A stretch of DNA of 64,000 nucleotides from NCBI RefSeq assembly GCF_009914755.1, contig NC_060938.1; one strand, 5' to 3'. How positions within the stretch are numbered: the first letter of the stretch is position 1; each line of letters starts with the position of its first letter. The position numbers and the translations under genes are program-made. Shown here in pieces: positions 1 through 11,869 of the stretch. The DNA comes from the human T2T-CHM13v2.0 reference genome, Homo sapiens. The notes beneath the pieces are model-generated. The model had not been told where the DNA came from, ran no database searches, and was given only the letters and a program-made list of their open reading frames with translations.

Positions 1-228
1 AACTGTTTCTTGGATCCGGATATGGACTCTTGAGAAGTGGGTTGTAATTTGTGCTCCCTTCACAACCCATGCACCTGATCCACTCCTGTCCATCTTCTAG
101 GGGCAAGCAGATACAATTCTAGAAGGAAACACTGGTTATGATGGGGAATCCAGAGACAGTGCAGGTGAGGGAGAGGGTCTGTGAGGATGTCTCAAGCCAG
201 AAGTGCACTGCGAAACACAGTTGTCCAT
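1..228 (-). pseudogene. IGHV(II) clan pseudogene, 3' end cut off by window edge (positionally IGHV(II)-30-21)
   Basis: Minus strand reads as degenerate VH4-like framework (ACCCTCTCCCTCACCTGCACTGTCTCTGGA); paralogue of 23860-24142 and 48898-49180. Confidence 0.8.
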
Positions 229-1622
229 GTTAACGGGTCCTGGACAACACGGTGAAATTCCCAAATACATGCATTTTTTTATGAGCATAAAGAGCTCACT
301 TTGTCCGATTTGTGAGTCTCCTAGAACAATTCAGTAGATTTAGAGGTTAGATTAAAAAGTATTATCACATGTTCCTTTCCTCAGACTTGCAACCAAATAA
401 AAAAGAGAAACTGCTGTTTAGAAAAATGAACATTGAATTATTACCACGGTGTGTGATAATGATGATTTTTAGAATATGATTGACCTGTGATAACCTGAAG
501 ACTGTCCTAATTCCGAGCCACAATTAGACCTGAGCAGCAATCACAGGGAGTGAAACACCTGACTCAGTGAAGCTGCACCTGGGGGTCTCCGCAGGCCCTG
601 AGTGGTACAGGAACAGCTCCTCCCTCAGACTCAGTCTAAGGAGAACTTCTGCTCTTTATCTGGGGAGGTGAGGGTGAGTGTGTGGAAAGTACCAAACTTG
701 CTCTAATCAAGATCTCTGCACGTGGGGAGAACCAAAGTATACGAGAAACAACTGGTTTCAGTTTAGATCGAACAGTTTCTCATGAGAAGGGCAATACCAC
801 GTCTGGATCCTGCACAGAATTCAGAAACAATGAACTTGGGCTAAAGCTGAAAATTACGATTGTTTGCAGATTGTGTTATTAATTATCTATGTCATCTGAG
901 AAAATGAATTAAATCACATGGTTTTTATAAAAAATTAACAAACAGCGTGCTGGCCCTGAGAATGCACCTCCAATCCCTCCAATATCCAGGAGCCCAATAG
1001 ACCAGGCAGCCAGCTGCTGCACTGCACTCTAACACCCATCACCTGTGTGTGCCAAAGACACCCATCCTGGGAGCTCCTCCCAGACAGTGGCTGTGCACAG
1101 TGGAGATACTGAGGCATGGCTGCTCCTGGGACACATGGGAGATCCCTGATGGACAACTGTGCTCAGCGAGGCACCAATGGCCTTGCTGGACTTAGCTTGG
1201 ACCACGGGGTCATCAGGGAAGCTCCATCAAACTCCCACCCTTCTCCAGCACTAGTTTTGGGTCTGGCATTGTGGGGTGGCAGTGTCTACAGACACACTCA
1301 GCTCCTATGCATTTTTATGCCTCCAATACTTACATCTGCTTTTGGGACATATGAGAATATTTCCTCTTTTAAATTAGTTTTCTAATCCAGGGACCTCATG
1401 GTGGGCACAAAACATAAATGTACAGAGGCTCAGAGGTGAAATATTAGAAGCAGAGGAAACCACAGACCCTGAAGGAAAGCAGCCCTTACCCTCCCTCCAT
1501 CTGCACCTGCCTTGGGGCTGCACCTGTTTTGTGAGTGCTGAGTGTCCCCTTCGGCCCAGACTCCTTTCTTGTTTTTGCAGGAAGTGTTGTGTCTGGACTC
1601 ACACCGATGTTTGCTCACTTGG

Positions 1623-2127
1623 GACCTTATGTACAGCCATGCACAGCCATGTCCTCAGCTCTCACTTGGGACCTTATGTACAGCCATACACGTCCATGTC
1701 CTCAGCTCTCTGACTGTTCATTTGCAGATACAGAGAGTTCTTAGCATTGTCTTTGGAGATGGAGAATCTGCCCTTCACAGAGTCTGCATGGTGTATCTGA
1801 CTTCCATCATCTTTTATATCTATTACTCACTCCAGCCCCTTGCCTGGAGACTGGTGAACTCGGCTCATTCAGAAGCTACTGAAGGCGAATCTAGAGGCTA
1901 CACAGGAGAGTCTCAGGAACTTCCCAGGTTGTCTCAGGTCCTCTATGGACTCTATCAGCTCCACCTCACACTGAACACCTGAAAATACACACACATCCTG
2001 GTCAGAAACTGGCAAACATATCCACTGTTTCTCTCACTCATATCCACTCACTCTCACTCACTCTAGTTCCCTATGAGTCACCTTTTAAAATACCAACAAG
2101 AAAAATTCAGCTTAATTCACACCCCAT
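1623..2127 (-). pseudogene. IGHV3-30-22: IGHV3 pseudogene, IGHV3-32-like (positionally IGHV3-30-22)
   Basis: Leader ATG at 2127 with in-frame TGA; V exon from 1978 ([15 protein letters not shown]...) with stops; degenerate RSS CCAAGTG-23-ACACAACAC (1584-1622); decayed octamer. Name assigned by gene order. Confidence 0.75.
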
Positions 2128-2539
2128 AGTGAGTTCTCTGTGTTCAGTCCTGATTACCAAATGGAAACCCCCTGGGAATCCCAGGGCTGTGGCTGTTCTC
2201 CCAGAGCTGCAGGGTCAGGTCTGGGCTTGATTTCACCAGGAGAGGGAGGGCCCTGTTTTCATGCCTCCTCCTCTATAGCAAGCTCCAGTGTGGGACGCCT
2301 GAGAAGAAGGCAGTGCCCAGAGCAGATGTCAGACTCCAGGAGGAGTTTAGTGGCAATGGTAGCATTCGGGAAAATATTACTTATAATGTGACTGTGCCAT
2401 AAAACTCATTTAGCAATTATGATTTTTGTTTTTACACATGTGTACAAATACAAATATAACTGCATTAAGCAAACTGTAAGAGATATAAAGAAATAGAAAA
2501 CAATACAAAAATAACACAAGACCTTAATACCTCATGACC

Positions 2540-3534
2540 ATAATGTTTAGCAAATCCAGAAAGTAAATTCTTAATGTGCCTCTGAACTTGAACAACACTA
2601 TTGAACAAATGTATCTGAATGATATTTACAGAACCTTCCAACCAAGAGTCACGTAATACCCATCCTTCTCAAGCACACATTGAACATTCTCCATGATGCG
2701 TTATATGTTACATCATAAAATGAACCTTAACATTTAAAGAAGTAATACCAGCCCTTCTGTAACTCTTTCAAAAATTGGTGAGGAGTCCACCTTCCAAACT
2801 CTTTATATGTATATAGTAAATAAACTTTATCTGTTTCTCAGAGATGACACTGTAAACAGTCACAGTTTTGCATACAATACAAATATGTATTGGCTATTTA
2901 CAATTTACAGTAGTGGTTCTTCCTCTGAGAAATATAAGTACAAAAGCTAAGTAAACAATGAGGTACTGCCATTTGGGATTTATTATGTGTCATAGCTTAA
3001 AGAACTGGCCTTTAGCAAATATTAAACAAATCAACCTGAATAAAATAGTCAATTAAATGATTTATTTTTTTCTAATTTATTAGAAAAAATTCCACCAAGC
3101 TTCACCTCAAAATGTATTGCATAAGTCTAAAAACAAACTTAAAAATAAATAGGAAAGGTAAGCAGTTCTTCAAAAAGAATGGAAGAAAGGAATAGAATGA
3201 AAGCTCATAAACCAGGTTAAGTCATTCTGAATATCTTTTAAACAACATAAAATTCTTCCCAACAGAAAAGTGAAGAAAAAACTATCACCATTTCTCCACT
3301 GATAAAATCTATTTTAAAGGTAGTCTGCCATATACCTTCTAAACTCTTTCTATGAGGCTACCATTATAGTATTACCAGTAATAGACAAAGGCACCACAAT
3401 AAAAGAAAACTACAGACCAATATCATTAGTAGACATGAATTAATCCCCAATAATAGTAAACTAAGCTCCAAAGCTTTTTAGAAGACATACACCATGACCA
3501 ACTCAAATTTCTTCCTGAGATGCATACTTGATTC
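2540..3534 (+). mobile_element. Old L1M ORF2 remnant, interrupted by a retrocopy insert
   Basis: Endonuclease-like (GATATTTACAGAACCTTCCA) and RT-like (AAACTCTTTCTATGAGGC...AAAGAAAACTACAGACCAATATC, cf. PNSFYEA...KKENFRPIS) segments; the remnant is longer in copies 2 and 3 (to ~28500 and ~53200). Confidence 0.75.
2805..3332 (-). pseudogene. 5'-truncated processed-pseudogene fragment (3'UTR-like), probably a golgin GOLGA4 retrocopy
   Basis: Flanked by a 17-bp TSD (2788-2804 and 3333-3349) that splits L1 ORF2; AT-rich, with an ATAAA-like signal near its minus-strand end. GOLGA4 identity rests only on my recall that GOLGA4P pseudogenes lie here. Confidence 0.6.
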
Positions 3535-4325
3535 TCCATGGGCAACGGTCCATCTTTGGGTCTACTTGGCTGGACAATACTGTGTATTGATTTGACAAAA
3601 CACTAATCCATGTGGTGGTGTGAATTTGTAACAGACGTTATTGAAACTGGAATAGGTTGACTGTATGTTAGGTAGATTATCATTGATAACCTGCTTGGCC
3701 CTGATTCCATCAGAACAGAACTGGAGAAGGTAAAACTCCATGCTGATTAAGCAGCTTCAGCTCTTTCTGAGACTTCCAGCCTGCACTTACTGATGGTCGG
3801 CCCTGAGGATATTGGATGTTCCAGCCATCCCCCAAAATTGTCATCCCCTACATCTCACAGGGAAAACATCTCCCTTTTGCAAAAAGCAGGAAAAACAAAT
3901 GGAAAAAGGAGAAAAACGATGAAAAAAGAAAGTAAATGGATTAGGAACAAAAGAAGCACCAGATCGGTGCTGATACTGATTTGCATACTTTCGTGTCAGG
4001 AGGAGGATCAGACGTGAAATCTGTGAGGTTCTACATGACGCTGACCCTGGTTCAGCCTCTCTATTGTCTGTGACCAGGATCCCTAAAGACTGTTCCAGTC
4101 AGGGAATCTCACGGAGGTCCCTGTCCTGGGTCTGATTGGAGAAGAATCACCAGGAAGCCCTGAGGTTACTCAGGACTCTGATCCTTGTGACCATGGTTGA
4201 GGAATTTTCATCCGTGTCAGCGTCAATCTGCATTTTGTGCCAGGGAGAAAAGGTCCTCATATGCATAGAGAAGACATTGTTAGGCACAGTTTTCTAAATT
4301 TAAGAGGTTCCCTGGGGAACTGTCA

Positions 4326-4945
<620 letters not shown>

Positions 4946-5045
4946 GGTGAGTCCTCTGTGTTCAGTGATGATCACCGAATGGAAACACCGGCGACTTCCA
5001 GTGCTGGGCTCGTCTCCCAGAGCTGCAGGGTCAGGGCTGGGCTGG

Positions 5046-5078
5046 TTTTCATCAGTAGAGGGAGGGCCCTATTTGCAT
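5046..5078 (-). promoter_or_regulatory. VH promoter: octamer plus TATA-like box
   Basis: ATGCAAAT at 5078-5071 and ATGAAAA at 5052-5046 on the minus strand. Confidence 0.9.
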
Positions 5079-6419
5079 GTCCCCCACTATATAGCAAGCT
5101 CTGGGGTGGGACATCTGAGGAGAGGCTGGGCTCAGGGCAGATGAAGTGCCCTGGGGGAGATTGGTAATAATTCCATCATTCAGGAAAATATATATTATAT
5201 GATTGTGCCTTGATTAACACTTAGCTCTCATAACTTTATTTTATTCTTACATATTTACACAATATATTTAACGCAGGCTTCAATGTTATATTTTACAGGA
5301 GATAATTTACATAGAGAACACAGCAGTTGTGCAGAGTGTCTAAGATAACACATCTAAAAACAATCAGTCCTATTATCTGGGCCTGTGCTCTAACCACTGG
5401 AGGAGGCAGCTCCCCTGAGACAACTCCAGGGCAGCATGGCCCATGCCTAGTGAAGTCTGCAGGATTCCCCATCTGTTATGACGACTTTCTGTAATTTATC
5501 TAAATATGCAGAGTGAACCACGGTTCATGTGTATGTTTTTGGAAGTCAGTTATATTCCTTGTGTTAATATCGATCTATTTATTGCTGCAATTCAGTCAAA
5601 TATTATCTCATCAGTTTCTTTGTTATTACTTTATTCGAGTGTAATTAATAAATAATTCAAATTTATGGTGAATGATTTGAAAAATGTAGACCTATGTTTG
5701 CAACCATTTACTCAGCACTTCAATCAAGGTTTGAAAAAATTAATCCCTAAATCTTTCTCTTATTCCTCTGAAATTTAACTCACATCCCCATTACTCCCAA
5801 TAGCATATTCTCAGAAATATTTAAATCTTCTCCATGTTAATTTATAATAGTGGCATCTTCTAAAATTTCTACAAATGTATCACGTAAAATTTACTCTTAA
5901 TTCCTTAGTTTCTTTCACTCAGCACAGTTCTTTGAGAATTTAGCCATGTTTTTTTCAATGAGTGAGGCATGACTTGATTTCAAGCTGCATTAGATTCCAG
6001 TACATAAATATATGCCAAACTATTTAATTGTTCACCTGTAACGAAATGTGATTGTTCTCTCAGTTAATGGATTTGATAGAGAAAAGCAGCTACTCGACAT
6101 GGGAATGTAAAAATGTGTAAACTATGAGCTTATTCTGACCTCAGTAACAACAAAGCTGAACTACTACAAATAAAAAAAAGAAAACCTTCAACATATCTGA
6201 GTTTATATCAGAGAGAAAACAAACAATAAACAAAACCTGAAATCTGAGGAGAGAGGAGGCTGCAGAGAGAAGCAGGACCCATATATTAGTGTACCTGGGG
6301 CAGATACCACTGGATGGCATTTAAGATTGGAATAGGCTGGCTTGGACATATTCAGTGAGTTGCGTGAGGATGCACGTGCTCATGGTATTAGACTGTGAAA
6401 CTCCTGGTGCTAGCAGGCT

Positions 6420-7310
6420 TTTCCTACAGAATTATTATTAATATTCTTGCTGCACTTTATGCAAATAATCAGGCCAAGTTTAAGACTAAAGTTTATTTTG
6501 CAAACAGCTCAGTCTTATCATTATTTGCTGCTGACAAAAACCAAAACTGGAAAGAGAAACATTATATTTCAAAACATATCATACACTTGTCTTTAAATTC
6601 TAATCTCCTCAGTTGTTTAAGTATTTGCCTGCATTTTAGACTAACTCTGCTTATTCCTGAGCGCCAATCAATGATCTCTGGCTACAGCCCAGAAGAAACA
6701 AAAAGCGATGGGGAATATAAAAGATCTGGATCAATATTTTAATTCTAAGCAATTATCCTTTAAATCATGCCAGGTGATGGGAATGAATAGGGTGCCCCTA
6801 ACCTGGAGGTTTCTTTATTTGGGAAAATAAATCCCAGGGAGATGACAAAAGCCAAGCCCCATGCGCCCAAACCTTAGCAGGCATAACTACAGCTGCAGTT
6901 ATCTAGGAATGTCAGCAGCCTTGGAATTTTCTTTCAAGCTGTCCTTGCCACCTTGTTTGGTTTTCATACATGTCTTCTAATAACCAGATTTGCCTCTTCT
7001 CATTTTCAGACCATCAAACTCCAAATGGTCATGCAACTGAAGCCTGGGATAATGGCTTCCTTTTCCTGGGGTCCCTTAGACCTCCAAGAGAGATCTTCCC
7101 CAAACAGCATCCCCCTCAGCTGGAAGCAGGTAAGACTTGTCTTTGTGTCTATTCTAATGACAGTTAGATGTACTTCTTCAAAGAGGAAAATGCTAGAAGT
7201 AGAAGGCAGAGAACTCTCCTAGGCAGGTAGGGAAGAGTCCCCATAGAATCTCCAACGCCCCAGGGTCATTGTGCACAGGGAGTTGCCTAGACATGCCTGC
7301 AGTGAAAATT
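6420..7310 (+). mobile_element. ERV1-class internal 3' remnant plus start of an LTR (MER61/MER83-like, family unverified)
   Basis: ERV-like 3' internal motifs (CCCCTCAGCTGGAAGCAG), then a purine tract AAAGAGGAAAA and TG-initiated LTR-like sequence at ~7191; copies at ~31448-32340 and ~56153-57045. Confidence 0.55.
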
Positions 7311-7406
7311 GTTAATGTTGTCTTTATCACTCTCAGAATAAATAGCCACACATAATAATCTAGCTGCATGAAGATAAAAATTAACTAGTTTGAAATTAGA
7401 ACAATT

Positions 7407-7871
7407 CCCTATTCACAATAGCAAAGACTTGGAACCAACCCAAATGTCCAACAATGATACACTGGATTAAGAAAATGTGGCACATATACACCATGGAATA
7501 CTATGCAGCCATAAAAAATGATGAGTTCATGTCCTTTGTAGGGACATGGATGAAGCTGGAAACCATCATCCTCAGCAAACTATCGCAAGGACAAAAAACC
7601 AAACACCACATGTTCTCACTCCTAGGTGGGAATTGAACAATGAGAACATATGGACACAGGAAGGGGAACATCACACACTGGGGCCTGTTGTGGGGTGGGG
7701 GGAGGGGGGAGGGATAGCCTTTGGAGATATACCTAATGCTAAATGACGAGTTAATGGGTGCAGCACACCAACATGGCACATGTATACATATGTAACTAAC
7801 CTGCACATTGTGCGCATGTACCCTAAAACTTAAAGTTAAAAAAAAAACAACCAGAGAAGTGGGAAAAAAAA
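7407..7871 (+). mobile_element. 5'-truncated L1PA (L1PA3/4-like) 3' end
   Basis: ORF2 C-terminus (WIKKMWHIYTMEYYAAIKNDEFMSF...), G-rich 3'UTR, poly(A); TSD GAAATTAGAACAATT at 7392-7406 and 7872-7886. Confidence 0.93.
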
Positions 7872-8227
7872 GAAATTAGAACAATTACCAATAAAATCAA
7901 AGTTAGCATGTGGTTTATAATATTAATAGACAAGAGACATGGCTGAATGCTAAGAATGTGTTCACATCTACTTTATGTCATGATCAGGAAAATATTTTGT
8001 ATATTCTTTAGGTAAGAGTCCCATTGAGAGGATTGATTAACATTGATGGATAATACCTCAATAATAAAAGTAAAGGTTATTAACCAGTAATTTGTATTAA
8101 GAACACAAACTTTCATTTAGGATATATTCTTCTATGTGTTAGGAAATCAACTGAGAAGGCAGGAACATTGAACTTATTAGAGCTGTTTAATAAATTAAAA
8201 ATGAGAATTAAGTACATATGCTTTTAG

Positions 8228-8548
<321 letters not shown>

Positions 8549-9297
8549 TGGAATATTTTTAGAAACAGAGAGGGTTCTTACGTCTTCTGGAAATCCTATT
8601 GAGATGGACAACAAGGGAAGAAACCCTCAGATGAATTTCTACCTACTAGAGGGCTGATTAATATCATTTTAAAGCAAATGCTAACACACAAAAAGCTAAC
8701 ATGAAGCTAAAAAAATATAGTGATTCAATACAGAAACCACTCTAGCTCAATCTAGTTTAAAATATTATCTAACCATGGAGGGCACTGTCATTGTTCACAG
8801 AAGACAGAGTCAATCCCACTCACAATCTTCTGGGAATGTTTAAAAAATGGCATCGCTACATAAAGATTATCAATTTTAATAAAATGTAAACTCCCTTGGC
8901 CAAGGGTTCTCCCACTAGCACTATGGAATCATGGTTCACTCCTCAGGGTCCATCAGTTATTACCCTATGACTTGGCAGCTAAAAGGCCCATACGTTTATA
9001 GATTTTACACCAAGGGATCATCTTTGTTCTATTGCATGCATGTGTTACAAAATACGGATAGGGATTCCTATGTGATATCCACTCCAATCATGAAGAGTTA
9101 AAACTGCCTTTTTACTACATCTTTTCCGCAGTGTCTTCTGATCTTCAACAAGGAAACTGAAAGGAACATCAGCAGAAAATACTGCTCTTGAATCATATTG
9201 GAAGGAATCTTATCAGAAACTTTTAACTAACTCACTGCACAAAACAGTCAGGCAGTTAATTATTGGCTTCATGTTTTACAAGTAAAGAATCAATTCA

Positions 9298-9600
9298 GGA
9301 CAGATGCAGTGGATCTTCCCTATAATCACACCACTTTCAGAAGCAAAGTGAGGGAAATCACATGAGACCAGGAAATCGAAGCCAACCTGGGCAACATAAA
9401 GAGATGCTATTTCTATGAAAAAATATTTTAAAGAATAAGCAGGTGAGGGGTGGCATTCCCCTCTAATTCTAGATACTCAGGAGGCTAATACAGGAAGATT
9501 ACGTGAGTCTGGAGCTCAAATTTACAGTGAGCTATGATCACACAACTGTACTTTAAGCTGTGGAACAGTATGAGAGCCTGCCTCTAAAAACAAACCAAAA
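9298..9600 (+). mobile_element. Highly diverged AluJ
   Basis: Dimeric Alu remnant with TSD AAAGAATCAATT (9284-9295 and 9599-9610); copies at ~34326-34629 and ~59033-59336. Confidence 0.8.
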
Positions 9601-9649
9601 AGAATCAATTAAGAATTCCACACAACTGTAAATCTACTCAAACAGGAGA

Positions 9650-10290
9650 TGTTAAACTGAGCATCCTCATTGATTGCCTGGAGTTTCTGATGTTTTGAAG
9701 CAGACATGTGACCTAAGACCTGCAGAATAAGCTGATAGTCCTTGATTGTGAGAAGCTTCTACCCAAGACATTCGGCCAGGACCCTAATTCCCCATCCCCT
9801 CCTTCTTTCTCTCATTATTATTTCCTTATATTTCTAAAGTCATCTCATTTCTGTAGATCTGGGTCTTGTCCACCCATACTGAACCCTTATTTCTTTTTCA
9901 TTATTTTTATTCTTGCTACCTAGAATAAGTTGTCACTCTATCTTTTGGTGCATGCCTGTTGATTACTTAAGGCTCACTCCTCCATCATCTCCTTTTTTGC
10001 CACACAAGGTGAATCTAGTTTGGACTCACAGGAGCTTCTTCATTCAATGGCAGTGGGAGTTTCAAACCTTATAAACCCTGATCTGTGAGTGGGAAGCCTC
10101 ACTGTGCCACCACCACTAAACCATTATAAAAACCCTGAGCCAGTCTCCTTTCCTCTTCTTTCAAGCCATTTTAGATTTTCCTGCGAGACCTGCCCTGCAC
10201 TCAGCAGACACCTACACTGTGCAGATAATACACTTTTCCATATTCACTTGTTCTGAGTGTATGACTTCATCAGACATGACATAAACACTA
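9650..10290. mobile_element. LTR-like repeat remnant (family not assigned)
   Basis: TG start, TATAAAA, poly(A)-signal-like 3' part; a diverged paralogue lies at ~21835-22460. Confidence 0.4.
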
Positions 10291-10344
10291 AATCTCAGTT
10301 GAGATCTCTTGGCTTTGCATGTCGTCAACTACAACTGATGGTGT

Positions 10345-10506
10345 CACTGTTTCTTTTTTTTTCACAGACACTTCTCAAAAGAAGACATTTATGCAGACAA
10401 AAGACACATGAAAAAATTCTCATCGTCACTGGCCATCAGAGAAATGCAAATCTAAACCACAAGGAGATACCATCTCACACCAGTTAGAATGGCAAACACT
10501 GTTTCT
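10345..10506. mobile_element. Short L1 insertion: T-tract plus an inverted ORF2 fragment, flanked by TSD
   Basis: CACTGTTTCT direct repeats (10345-10354 and 10497-10506), T-run, then L1 ORF2 3' sequence (CAGACACTTCTCAAAAGAAGACATTTATGCAG...GATACCATCTCACACCAGTTAGAATGGC); copies at 35383-35547 and 60090-60254. Confidence 0.8.
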
Positions 10507-10559
10507 ATCAACAGGACACACTGGATCCCTGAAACAACTCCAGGACAGAGCTGGACATG

Positions 10560-10916
10560 TGCTATAGATTTGTTTTGTGTCCCCACCTAAATATCATCTC
10601 AAATTCTAATCCCCACATGTCAAGGGAGGGACCAGGTGAGAGGTTATTGGATCATGAGGGCAGTTTTCCCATGTTGTTCTCGTCATAGTGAGTGAGTTCT
10701 CACAAGAGCTGATAGTTTAAAACTATGTGTCACTTCCCCCTCTCTCTCCTGCTGCCCTGTGTGATGTGCCTTGCTTCGCCTTCACCTTCCACCATGATTG
10801 TAAGTTTCCTGTGGCCTCCCCAGCCATGCAGAACTGTGAGTCATCTAAACCTCTTTTCTTTGTAAACTCCTCGTCTCAGGTAGTTCTTTATACCACTGTG
10901 AAAACGAACTAATATC
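10560..10916 (+). mobile_element. MaLR solo LTR (THE1D/MSTA-like)
   Basis: TGTCCCCACCTAAAT...GTGAAAACGAACTAATA pattern with 5-bp TSD ACATG; copies at 35601-35957 and 60308-60664. Confidence 0.85.
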
Positions 10917-11869
10917 ACATGACTGGTGGAGTTTGATAAACTTTCTTAATGACAGTTTATAGGGGGGTTGATAGGGTTTGAAACTCCCACTGGCATTGAA
11001 TGAAGAAGCTGCTGTGGGTCCAAACTAGATTCAGCTTGTGTGGCAAAAAAGGAGATGATGGAGGAGTGAGACTTATAATCAGTGCTAAAGGTAGTACTAA
11101 TTATACTAGGTAAAATTTGGTATCAAAGCAATTAGACAGAGATAAATAAAATACATGAAAAGTCAGAGACACCTGAATATACACATGAATGAGTGCTGAA
11201 CATTTCTGTATTTTTGGAGAAATGCTAGAATACGGCAAAATAATGGCATGGGGTTAAATAAAAAAATAATAGTCTCCACATGAAGTGTTCAATTTTACAA
11301 ATATGGTCATAGACATTATCATTATCAACATGGATAACAAGTCAATTACCCTCAAAATATCCTCTTGTTCTGTAATTCCTCCTTCCTAGACCTTCCCTTC
11401 TCCTACAATATTGACAGTGAACTACTGATTTTTATGTAACTTTAGATTACTTATCAATACATCAGGTAATAAAAGTTATAGATTTATGTGTGTTGTGGGG
11501 TGGCTGTATATAAGTTTCTGTGTGAGAGAGAGAAGGAGGGAGGAAGGAAGGCAGAAAAAGAGAGGAATCCTACATAATTGACCACAATTTATGAGGTTCT
11601 CAAGTAATTATGGGGAATTAGTCCTTACAGACAAGGCTGATATAAGATGGAGAGGACAACTTGACATACCTAGCTATGGTTATATATTTATATCAATATC
11701 ATTTTCTAATCATACAAACACTCACATGCATTAGAATAGAGGTAGTGGAGGGTGTCTGGTGGTGAAACATGATGGTGACACAAAACGCCTCATCCAGCTC
11801 CTTTTCACACCAGCTGCACATGCCCTGAGGTTGAGCCTTGAACCTGCTCTTTCTGAATCCCCACAATAA

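Noticed and set aside
1089-1102. GGCTGTG|CACAGTG looks like a head-to-head RSS signal joint (ApaLI site) and recurs in all six half-units
   Set aside because: No nonamer at 12 or 23 bp on either side; the left heptamer is imperfect; recurrence is explained by duplication.
6395-6742. 115-aa ORF open in all three copies
   Set aside because: GTG start, lies in ERV-derived sequence, no recognisable domain; conservation reflects recent duplication.
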